Shown here piece after piece: positions 1 through 8,080 of a stretch of 25,483 nt of DNA. The notes under the pieces are model-generated. The model was not told where the DNA came from. It did not search any database and was given only the letters and a program-made list of their open reading frames with translations. This DNA is from a bacterium. Lineage in GTDB: Bacteria; Zhuqueibacterota; Zhuqueibacteria; Zhuqueibacterales; Zhuqueibacteraceae. Position 1 is the first letter of the stretch; the number at the start of each line of letters is the position of its first letter. The translations under genes and the position numbers were made by a program. The stretch spans positions 1 through 25,483 of the forward strand of contig JBIOXB010000103.1 in the NCBI GenBank assembly GCA_044869275.1. Direction: 5' to 3'.

Positions 1-108
1 AAGAAGTTTCTTTTCGCGGAGTGAGAAAAAATTGCCGCCATGCCACGCACTCGTACGAGTGCGTGGCATGGCGGCAATTTTTTCTCACTCCGCGAAAAGA
101 AACTTCTT
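1..108. repeat. Perfect 108-bp palindrome (two 54-bp arms, no loop) at the window start
   Basis: Bases 55-108 are the exact reverse complement of 1-54 (checked base by base), with the centre at tcgt|acga. Confidence 0.97.
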
Positions 109-149
109 CTTGTTTCAGATTCCGAGAGCTCCGCGCGGCTCACATATGG

Positions 150-218
150 GACCGGTCGTTTTGGTCGCTTGTGGGTCAGCAAGCTCGATGACCATAGCGA
201 CCGGTCAATGTTTTTTTT
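150..218 (+). terminator. Long hairpin plus T-run, possible intrinsic terminator
   Basis: gaccggtcgttttggtc (150-166) pairs imperfectly with gaccatagcgaccggtc (190-206), with an inner gcttg/caagc stem and T8 at 211-218. Confidence 0.4.
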
Positions 219-338
219 GGTCGACACGATTTTCGGAAGCTGGGTGACAAGTACGTCAACGACAGGCATGGCAACGGCTTCAGCTCATAACCGCCCAGTT
301 TCGTCCAAATAGGTCGTCTACTCAGGCTCGAGTGAACC

Positions 339-896
339 TTAGAACCGTAGGTGACCTCTATAGGGGAATTGTACTGGTGGATCGACCTCGTCCTTGAAGT
401 CAATTCGCCCGGTGACACCTTCGAAACCATCCGTGCCGCTGCCCGCTACAATGGGATGTTGACAACGTCCAAAGATTTCGGCGGGGAAAGGGGAGTTGGG
501 TTCGGGGCAACTCTCGTACTTCGCCTCGAATTTGTAAGTCGTCTCGAACGTGCCAGTCTTATCAGTCTCTCCGTGGTACGTGCCAACGAAGACTTCTCTC
601 CCTTGCTCTCGGTAGGTCCCGCTCGGCGAGCATTCGGACTTGTCGATGATTGTGTAGAGACAACCTTCAAGATCCCCGGTCATTCTGGTGGCCAGGACGG
701 CACCGAGAGGAGGATCGTCACATTCATCGAAATCACTTGGAAAGCCGATCCCCGATATCTGCGTCGCTCCGGGCTTCCCTAAAACAGATTCCTGTTCGCT
801 TTGTGCCAATTCCGAGGACATAGGGACGTCTTTGCTGCAGCTCAAGCTGATAAGAGCTAAGCAGAAGATCAGACGAATAAAAATTCTGTTGTTCAT
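339..896 (-). CDS. Uncharacterised lipoprotein, possibly a DUF3224/AOC-dirigent-like beta-barrel
   Basis: 185 aa. RBS AGGAG lies upstream of the ATG. The signal peptide ends in lipobox LSC (Cys20). The C-terminal 'IVAGSGTDGFEGVTGRIDF' resembles the GSGTG.F.G..G motif of DUF3224/AOC-like barrels; the fold is an inference. Confidence 0.75.
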   Translation of the reverse strand: MNNRIFIRLIFCLALISLSCSKDVPMSSELAQSEQESVLGKPGATQISGIGFPSDFDECDDPPLGAVLATRMTGDLEGCLYTIIDKSECSPSGTYREQGREVFVGTYHGETDKTGTFETTYKFEAKYESCPEPNSPFPAEIFGRCQHPIVAGSGTDGFEGVTGRIDFKDEVDPPVQFPYRGHLRF

Positions 897-1099
897 AATA
901 GTTCTCCTGTTCTTAAAAGTTCTCCGGTTTGTTGTTCAACAACCATTTGGAATCGATAGATCAGCACTGCTGAAATAGGATGATGATAGCAGCGCCTTGA
1001 CAGCCATGTCGGTCCAGTGACGAAACTGGCGGTGGGAAAGCCCCTTCAAAGTGTCACGGGGATAAGGTAAACGCTCGCGGCCCCACTTTTTCAATCAAT

Positions 1100-1273
1100 A
1101 CTACAACGTTAAGTGCACATTTTTGCACCAAAAACTGCACTGTCATGCCGATGCTTCGGGATCTTCCCATGATAGAATATCACACCCCAATTTGGCATTG
1201 TGCCCCGCGTTTGGAAAGATCCCGAAGCATCAGGATGACAAGCCTAGTGGTGGCGTTGCCTTAACGTTGTAGT
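1100..1273. mobile_element. MITE-like element: 14-bp TIRs enclosing a TGTCAT...GGATGACA hairpin
   Basis: actacaacgttaag (1100-1113) and cttaacgttgtagt (1260-1273) form a perfect IR. The inner IR is tgtcatgccgatgcttcgggatctt / aagatcccgaagcatcaggatgaca (1141-1240). No ORF. Confidence 0.65.
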
Positions 1274-1299
1274 GCTAATCAAGCCTGTTCAACGTGGCC

Positions 1300-1328
1300 A
1301 AGATAACCAACAAGAAAGTGGAATTCAA
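1300..1328 (-). promoter_or_regulatory. Putative sigma70 promoter for the 339-896 gene
   Basis: Minus strand TTGAAT (1328-1323), 17-bp spacer, TATCTT (1305-1300). Confidence 0.55.
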
Positions 1329-1350
1329 GTTGTCAGGAATGTAAATCCAG

Positions 1351-1390
1351 TGTAGCTTTTTGTTGCAGGAGTTGCGGTATAAATACTACA
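1351..1390 (-). promoter_or_regulatory. Putative NarL/UvrY-family regulator binding box plus second half-site (copy A)
   Basis: Minus strand TGTAGTATTTATACCGCA (1390-1373), then a GCTACA half-site ending at 1351. The box is 15/18 identical to the box at 8858-8875. Confidence 0.6.
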
Positions 1391-1497
1391 AAATTCACTC
1401 AAGTTCTTTATATCCCGTCAGTCCAACAGTCCGGCTTTCACTGCACGAGCAGGTCGCTTTTGAAATTGGGGGCTTGAGAGGTGGAATTCGAATTTGG

Positions 1498-4404
1498 TTA
1501 AGCGCTTGCCGGTATCTCACAGACAATCGTCGTGCCTTGATTCTTGCTGCTGGTGATTGTGATCGTACCTTCGAGCCGGCGGATGCGCTCGCGCATGCCA
1601 ATCAGGCCGAAGGATTTGGTATCGACTTTTTCTGCCGGCGTCATGCCTTTGCCGTTATCTTCAATTTTCAATGTCACCTGGTCATCCGTCTTCTTGAAGC
1701 CAACCTTCACGGACGTTGCTTCCGCGTGTCGCAGGACGTTGGTCAGCGCTTCCTGCAGCACTCTAAAAAGCGCCCCGGAAGCCTCTCGTGACAGGCGCAG
1801 ATCCTCCGCGTTTTCGAACGCAAGGCTGCACGAAATTCCCGTCTTGGCCATGAATTCTTCGACTTGCCAGGTAACAGATTGCGGAAAGCTCAAGTGATCC
1901 AACACGCTCGGCCGCAATTCCTGCGAGATTCTTTTGACGCGCCGCAAGGTCAGCGAAATCAACTCGGACATGGATTTGGTTAAGTCAAAAAGGTTTTGAT
2001 ACCCCTTGGGCAACTGATTTTTCAACGTGGCGAGGTCCATGTTCAAAATCGACAAAACCTGCCCCAATTCATCGTGAATTTCCCGGGCAATGTGGGCGCG
2101 CTCTTCTTCGCGCAAACGTTCCTGGTGCGCCGACAAATTGCGCAGCTCTTCCTGCGAGTGCTTGAGCTCGAGCTCAGCACGTTCGCGTTCGTGAATCTCC
2201 TGCAGCAGTTTTTCGTTGCTGTTGCGCAATGCCGCGGTCCGCTCGATCACGCGCTGCTCCAACCGCTCATTCAATTCGCGAATGGCCTGTTCTGCCTGCT
2301 TGTGACTGGTGATATCGAGCGCGGTTCCAAGAATAGCCGGCTTCCCTTCGAACTCGATTTGACTCGCGGTAAAGTCAATCCAGCGCGCTTCGCCGGTTTT
2401 GGTGAGAATTTGGGTCTCATAACGATTGGGGACCGGCTCGCCTCGCTGTCGCGCCAGGCCGCGTTCTTTCACCAGTGCTTGCCATTCGGGATGAATAACG
2501 TCCCAGAAGTTCATCGCCAATAATTCTTGTCGTGGATAGCCGCTGATGCGCTCAGCTGCCGAGTTCACGTGCCGCATCTTGGTGCCTTGAAAAATAAAAA
2601 TGCCGGCGGTGATGGTCTCGGTCAATGTGCGAAACTTGGCTTCATTTTCCAGCAACGTTCTCGCGTCTCTCTTCTGATCTGTAACATCAACGATAAAAGC
2701 CAGGCTGCGCTCTATCTCGCCATGTTCATCGCGCACGGCAATGGCATTGAGCACAACGTCGATTTGCTCCCCGCTTTTTTTGACAAATTGGTATTCGATA
2801 TTTTCCGACAGTCCGGTTCTGAAGAACGCGGGTATCGCAATTTGCGTGGCATATAGGCGCGAGGCTGCGGTGAGAAAATTGACCGAGGGCTTGCCGATCA
2901 CCTCCTCACGTTCATACCGCAAGATTTTCAGCCAGTAGTCATTGACGTTGACGATCTTCCCCTCGCGATCGATCGAATGCATCATCACCGGCGTGTTGTT
3001 GTAAAGCATGCGATAGATTTCTTCACTGTTCCGCAGTTGCTCGGTTCTGGTGGCGACCAGTTGCTCCAAGATGTCTTTCGTGCGCTTGTGCTCGGCAATT
3101 TCAACCTGTAACGCTTCATTGGCATTCTCCAAATCATGGCGCTGCCAGGCGATGGTCTGGAAAGCGCTGGAGTAGCGCGCGGATAAAATGAAGGCATGGG
3201 AGAAGATGAAAACAAAAAAACCGAGATGCACAAAATGGCCGGTCTGAATAATGCCATTGGCGTCCAATATGTCATTGACAATGGTTGCCGACAAAAAGAG
3301 AAAACCGACCAGGATGATGGCCGCAGCTTTTTGTTTGCGGGCGGCAAACCGCGCGAGCATCGACAATCCATAGACCACGCTCACCAGCATGTAGCCCTGG
3401 AGTGGAACCAACAACTGTGTAAAAACTCTCGCCGGCGTCAAGCAGACAACCCCGGCGAAAAGAAACCCAGCGATCACAATGGCAACGACCACGGACTTGT
3501 GGAAGTCTTGCGCAAATAATTTGTAAAGAAACAGAGCGAAGATGGGCACGCCTATACAGATGGTGAGATATTCAACTTTGACGAATAGCTCCCAATTCAT
3601 TTGTGGAAAAGTCTGGAGAAGAAACTTTTCCACGGTGGTGAGCAGGCGCACCGCGATCAGCAGACAGTAGCTGCCGAAAAAAAGCGAGGACAGATCATTT
3701 TTTCTGAGCGTAAAGAGCGTGAGATGATACAACCCCATGGTCAAAATGCTGCCGAACAAGATCAAATCAAGCGTCAGCCTTCGTTCTCTGAGGCGGTTGA
3801 GTTGCTGTTCGGTTCCCAGGCGGATCACCTCCCACGCGCCGCCGCGGAGATAATGGAAATTGGAGACCTGATAAATAAGCTCGACGCGGTTGGAATCGCC
3901 GCCAAAATCCACCACCTGAGGCAAAAAACTCGGCTTGCTGGTCTCCGGCGTTGGGCCGACAATGCCAACGGACAAGGTTTTTTCGCCATTGGCAAACACC
4001 GTAAAGGCGGTGCCCATATCTAAAAACTTTAAGGCGAGCTGCGCGGCAAGGGAATCTTTGAGAAGGATTGTTAATCGGTAGGTCGCATAGCCCTCGCCGG
4101 GGAGCTTTGCGCCTTGCCAGTCATGGCCTTTCCAGCAACTGGGCACCTGGATGAAATCCCTGTTTCTCGGGGGCGGAGTTCGGGCAAAGTCTTCCGGGCT
4201 TAAAAGCTGCTGCCAATAAAACTCATACTCGCCGGAAAGCTCAATCGGCCCGTCCTTGGCGAAATCCCATTTGGAAAGGTCCAAAACTCCTCTGCTGGCC
4301 CGGGGAGGAATTGCGTTTTGAAAGGTGAGGCTGCAGCCGGCAAAGCTGAAAATACAGGCGGTGAGCAACCCGATCTTCAGCTCAGGCGATCTCATCTTGA
4401 TCAT
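1498..4404 (-). CDS. 7TM-DISM receptor histidine kinase with two PAS domains (HisKA_3/NarX-type)
   Basis: 968 aa. Extracellular 'LSGEYEFYWQQ' domain, about 7 hydrophobic segments beginning 'MGLYHL', two PAS repeats, H-box 'IAREIHDELGQ', N-box 'QEALTNVLRHA', G1 'DNGKG', G2 'FGLIGMRER'. Confidence 0.93.
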   Translation of the reverse strand: MIKMRSPELKIGLLTACIFSFAGCSLTFQNAIPPRASRGVLDLSKWDFAKDGPIELSGEYEFYWQQLLSPEDFARTPPPRNRDFIQVPSCWKGHDWQGAKLPGEGYATYRLTILLKDSLAAQLALKFLDMGTAFTVFANGEKTLSVGIVGPTPETSKPSFLPQVVDFGGDSNRVELIYQVSNFHYLRGGAWEVIRLGTEQQLNRLRERRLTLDLILFGSILTMGLYHLTLFTLRKNDLSSLFFGSYCLLIAVRLLTTVEKFLLQTFPQMNWELFVKVEYLTICIGVPIFALFLYKLFAQDFHKSVVVAIVIAGFLFAGVVCLTPARVFTQLLVPLQGYMLVSVVYGLSMLARFAARKQKAAAIILVGFLFLSATIVNDILDANGIIQTGHFVHLGFFVFIFSHAFILSARYSSAFQTIAWQRHDLENANEALQVEIAEHKRTKDILEQLVATRTEQLRNSEEIYRMLYNNTPVMMHSIDREGKIVNVNDYWLKILRYEREEVIGKPSVNFLTAASRLYATQIAIPAFFRTGLSENIEYQFVKKSGEQIDVVLNAIAVRDEHGEIERSLAFIVDVTDQKRDARTLLENEAKFRTLTETITAGIFIFQGTKMRHVNSAAERISGYPRQELLAMNFWDVIHPEWQALVKERGLARQRGEPVPNRYETQILTKTGEARWIDFTASQIEFEGKPAILGTALDITSHKQAEQAIRELNERLEQRVIERTAALRNSNEKLLQEIHERERAELELKHSQEELRNLSAHQERLREEERAHIAREIHDELGQVLSILNMDLATLKNQLPKGYQNLFDLTKSMSELISLTLRRVKRISQELRPSVLDHLSFPQSVTWQVEEFMAKTGISCSLAFENAEDLRLSREASGALFRVLQEALTNVLRHAEATSVKVGFKKTDDQVTLKIEDNGKGMTPAEKVDTKSFGLIGMRERIRRLEGTITITSSKNQGTTIVCEIPASA

Positions 4405-5033
4405 AAAAAGAACGCTGCCATGGCGATTTTTTTATGAGGAACTGAATTCTAATAACCCGATCAAGGAGGGGAGCGATGGGTGTCATCCCAAGAGACATGC
4501 CCAACAACCGAAGCACAGAGGACAAAAATCGATTAAAAAACGACATTTGCAAGAAAATTTTGTTACCTGGCAGTCAGCCGCATCTTCTGGAGTTGCCTGA
4601 TCGCATTTGAAAGGCTCGCCGCCGCTGCAAATGCCACGTGCTCCACGTCGCGCCGTGGCAATCGAATTTCGCCGCCGGCATCTCCCGGGCCACATTTTCG
4701 CGCTTGATAAATTCGTTGGTATTCCTCATCTTAAAGCTAGGGCACAGTGTGCCATGGGGTAGTGGGGCATTCCCCGTGGTTTTTTATAGAATTCCTGTGC
4801 CTTCCCCATCCAGACTCGAAATTTTAAGCGCTTAGCTTTTCAAACTCAGAATAAAATTCCGAAAGTTGGGCTCACGGAAGAGAACTCTCACGGAAAAAAT
4901 ATTCTCATGCTTTCAATTCGGTGAGCTGTTCCAATTCCGTGAGCTTGAAATTCGCTGCTCGAAGAGCTTCAATTCTCAACTTGAAAATTGGGATAGAACC
5001 GTTACTGGCTCAGCATTGCTGCCGTCTCGTCGC

Positions 5034-5300
5034 ATGAAACTGCGCACCAAGGCCTTGCTGAATATAGGCATGACGCTGGCAGGCCTGCTTGCGATTTCAT
5101 TCGCTATCGTACGATTCGTTTTGTCGCACGGCTATGCGGAATTGGTAACGCACTCTGTCCGCAGCAAGGAGAGCGATGATTCGCATGCTCTGGGACTGAT
5201 TGAAATGCGCGAACGCGTGCATCATCTCAAAGGAAACCTTAAAGTCGTGAGCAATTTTCCGAAGGGAACGACCATTATCGCCACCGCGCCATTGCAATGA
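5034..5300 (+). pseudogene. Internally deleted histidine kinase remnant (sensor N-terminal TM fused in frame to HATPase C-terminus)
   Basis: 88 aa. 'MKLRTKALLNIGMTLAGLLAISFAIVRFVLSHGYAEL' resembles a CHASE4-kinase first TM. It is joined directly to 'LGLIEMRERVHHLKGNLKVVSNFPKGTTIIATAPL', which matches the C-termini of both flanking kinases. No H, N or G1 boxes. Confidence 0.75.
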
Positions 5301-7966
5301 AAATGAGATTACGCCAAGCACAACAAGCTGGAATCAAGAACAAGAGCGCATCCCGCTGCGGCGGAACAAAGACGCAAAGAATACACAGAGGTGTTTCTCT
5401 GCAACCTTTGGCGACTTTGCAGCTCTGCGTGACTCGTTTTGTTTTTCTGCAGAGATTCAGCTTTTTGCGGACGAAGTGGGCTGCGGGGTTGTTGGCGGCG
5501 AGCCTGGCCGTTTTCTTCGGCTGCGTCCAAGCCGGGCAAAACCACAATCCACCGCGTGCCAAGCAGGGCATTCTCAACCTGGCGCAGTGGAATTTTGCCA
5601 CGGATGGTCCGTTGGCGCTCTCCGGAGAATACGAATTCTACTGGCAGCAACACCTGGCGCCGGAAAGTTTTTCCCAAACACAACGGCCGGAGACCAGCAG
5701 CTTCATGCGAGTGCCTGCCGCTTGGAACGATCATGAATTAAACGGCAAAAGCCTTCCTGGAACAGGTTTCGCAACCTACCGGCTGACCGTGCTTCTGAAA
5801 GATTCCGTCTCCACGGAGCTTGCGCTGAAGTTTTTTGATATGGGAACCGCCTACGAGGTATTTGCCAACGGCAAAAAGATTTTGTCGGTGGGCCAAGCCG
5901 GTCCAACGCCAGAAACCACCGTGCCCAGATATTTGCCGCAGATCGTGGATCTTGTTCTCAACTCCAATCGCCTCGAGCTGATTTATCACGTCTCGAATTT
6001 TCATCATCATCGTGGGGGCGCGTGGGAGCTGGTATATCTGGGAACTGACGAACAGCTCAACCACTTGAGGGAAAGACGGCTGGCTTTGGACTTGATCCTG
6101 TTCGGCAGCATTCTGGCCATGGGGCTGTATCACCTGGCGCTTTTTGGCCTGCGAAAAAGTGATCGTTCCGCGTTGTTCTTCGGCCTCTATTGCCTGATCG
6201 TCGCGGTACGGCTCCTAACCACGGTGGAACGGTATCTTTTGCACATCTTTCCAGGAATGGGTTGGGAGTTGCTGGTTAAGATTGAATATCTCTCTTACTA
6301 TCCCGGCGTTCCGGTCTTTGCATTGTTGTTGCGCAGCTTGTTTCCGCAAGAAATTCATAAAACCGCGGTGCGGGCCATTCTGGCTGTGGGTTTCCCTCTT
6401 TCCGGCGTCGTGGCACTCACCCCGGCAAGCATCTTCACCCAAACGCTTTTTGCCTATCAAATTTTCACTTTAGTATGTCTGCTTTACGGATTATGCATGC
6501 TCGCGCTGGGCGCCGTGCGCAAACGCAAGGGCGCTGCCATCATTCTGATTGGCGCTCTGGTTTTGTCTGCAACCGTGGTCAATGACATTTTGGATGCGAA
6601 CGGCGTCATCCAGAGCGGCCATTTCGTGCATCTCGGCATGTTCTTTTTTATCTTTGCCCATGCCTTTATGTTGTCGGCGCGTTACGCCCGGGCCTTCACG
6701 ACTATTGCTTTGCAACGCGGCGAACTGGAAAAATCGAATATCCAGTATCAATCGGAGGCCGAAGAACGCTGGCAGGCGGAGGAAGCTTTGCGCCACAGTG
6801 AAGAAAGATTTCGCCAATTGGCCGAGAACATCCGCGAAGTCTTCTGGCTAAGCAATCTCGAAAAAACTAAGATTATCTATGTCAGCCCCGGTTACGAGGC
6901 CATCTGGGGGCGGACCTGCGAGAGCCTTTACGCCTCACCGCAAAACTGGCTGGAGGCGATTCATCACCAAGACCGCGACCGGGTGTTGCAGGCCGCTCTG
7001 ACCCAGCAGGTTTCCGGGCAATATGACGAGAGCTACCGCATTCAGCAACCGGACGGCGCAATTCGCTGGATCCGGGATCGGGCTTTTCCGGTGCGTGACC
7101 AGAGGGGTGCGATCTACCGTATCGCCGGTATTGCCGAGGACATCACCGAACGCAGACAGGCCGAGCAGGAGCTCAGAAAATATTACCAGGAGGTGAAAGA
7201 AAATGCCGCAGAATTGAAAAGCATCAATATCAAGCTGCTGCAAGAGATTCAAGAGCGTGAGCGGGCCGAGCGCGAGCTGAAACGCTCGCAAGAGGAGCTG
7301 CGCCTTTTATCCGCGCATCTGGAATACCTGCGCGAAGAAGAGCGCACCAGGATCGCGCGGGAGATTCACGATGAACTGGGGCAGGTGTTGTCGACTTTGA
7401 AAATGGATCTCGGCACGCTGGAAAACCATCTCCCCATAGAAAGTAAAAAGCTCTTCGCCATAACCAAATCCATGTCGGAGTTGATTTATTTGACGATGCA
7501 ACGCGTCAAAAGAATCTCACAGGAACTGCGGCCGAGCGTGTTGGATCATTTGACCTTCTCCCAGGCCGTCGCCTGGCAGAGTGAGGAGTTCATGAGAACG
7601 ACGGGAATTTCGTGCCGGCTCGCTCTCGGGAATGCCGTGGAGCTGCAATTGGCTCCGCATGCCGCCAACGCCCTCTACCGCGTACTGCAGGAAGCGCTGA
7701 CCAATATCATTCGCCATGCCGAGGCCACGCAGGTCGTTGTCGCCTTGGAAAAAACCGCCGCACACGTGGCGCTGAAAATCCAGGACAATGGCAAAGGCAT
7801 GAAACAACCCGAAATGGCAGCTCCGCAGTCCTTTGGACTAATCGGCATGCGCGAACGCATCCACCATCTCCATGGCAATATCGAGATCAACAGCGGCAAG
7901 AACCAGGGCACGACGATTATTTGTACGATACCCTTACAAACAGAGCAAGTTTTGCCAACAGATTGA
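5297..7966 (+). CDS. 7TM-DISM receptor histidine kinase with one PAS domain (HisKA_3/NarX-type); paralog of 1498-4404; start uncertain
   Basis: Same motifs as the paralog (LSGEYEFYWQQ, DMGTA, RGGAWE, VNDILDANG, IAREIHDELGQVLS, RVKRISQELRPSVLDHL) plus PAS 'FRQLAENIREVFWL'. ATGA overlap with the upstream remnant. The first ~55 aa include translated repeat DNA, so the true start may be downstream. Confidence 0.92.
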   Translation: MKMRLRQAQQAGIKNKSASRCGGTKTQRIHRGVSLQPLATLQLCVTRFVFLQRFSFLRTKWAAGLLAASLAVFFGCVQAGQNHNPPRAKQGILNLAQWNFATDGPLALSGEYEFYWQQHLAPESFSQTQRPETSSFMRVPAAWNDHELNGKSLPGTGFATYRLTVLLKDSVSTELALKFFDMGTAYEVFANGKKILSVGQAGPTPETTVPRYLPQIVDLVLNSNRLELIYHVSNFHHHRGGAWELVYLGTDEQLNHLRERRLALDLILFGSILAMGLYHLALFGLRKSDRSALFFGLYCLIVAVRLLTTVERYLLHIFPGMGWELLVKIEYLSYYPGVPVFALLLRSLFPQEIHKTAVRAILAVGFPLSGVVALTPASIFTQTLFAYQIFTLVCLLYGLCMLALGAVRKRKGAAIILIGALVLSATVVNDILDANGVIQSGHFVHLGMFFFIFAHAFMLSARYARAFTTIALQRGELEKSNIQYQSEAEERWQAEEALRHSEERFRQLAENIREVFWLSNLEKTKIIYVSPGYEAIWGRTCESLYASPQNWLEAIHHQDRDRVLQAALTQQVSGQYDESYRIQQPDGAIRWIRDRAFPVRDQRGAIYRIAGIAEDITERRQAEQELRKYYQEVKENAAELKSINIKLLQEIQERERAERELKRSQEELRLLSAHLEYLREEERTRIAREIHDELGQVLSTLKMDLGTLENHLPIESKKLFAITKSMSELIYLTMQRVKRISQELRPSVLDHLTFSQAVAWQSEEFMRTTGISCRLALGNAVELQLAPHAANALYRVLQEALTNIIRHAEATQVVVALEKTAAHVALKIQDNGKGMKQPEMAAPQSFGLIGMRERIHHLHGNIEINSGKNQGTTIICTIPLQTEQVLPTD
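5351..5432. repeat. Degenerate ACGCAAAG/CTTTGCG-type palindromic repeat inside the kinase 5' region
   Basis: caaagacgcaaaga...cacagag / ctctg...ctttggcgactttgcagctctgcgtga form an imperfect inverted pair. Confidence 0.55.
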
Positions 7967-8012
7967 CCAACTCAACTAATCTAGTCCGTTGGGTTCTTCC
8001 ATCCGTTGGAAA
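7952..8012. repeat. Degenerate CCAACGGAT...ATCCGTTGG palindromic element overlapping the kinase stop codon
   Basis: ttgccaacagattgaccaactcaac / gttgggttcttccatccgttggaaa. Same pattern as the perfect copy at 19644-19713. Confidence 0.6.
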
Positions 8013-8080
8013 TTATTTTTTGGGCGAACTCGCCGGATAGTTACGATTCTTTAGTGTACTAACCCTGCAGGAGAAGCCGG

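Noticed and set aside
306..319. 14-bp exact repeat caaataggtcgtct, also at 12350-12363, downstream of both lipoproteins
   Set aside because: About one 14-bp match is expected by chance in 25 kb, the orientation is inconsistent with the genes, and the flanks do not align.
32..430. Short ORFs 32-247, 40-312 and 176-430
   Set aside because: They run through palindrome and hairpin DNA, lack an RBS and have no recognisable motifs.
970..1045. Hammerhead-like fragments (tgatga...gacgaaac)
   Set aside because: There is no CUGAUGA core and the required three stems cannot be built.
4866..5033. N-terminal extension of ORF 4866-5300
   Set aside because: It translates repeat-rich spacer DNA; kinase-like sequence starts at ATG 5034.
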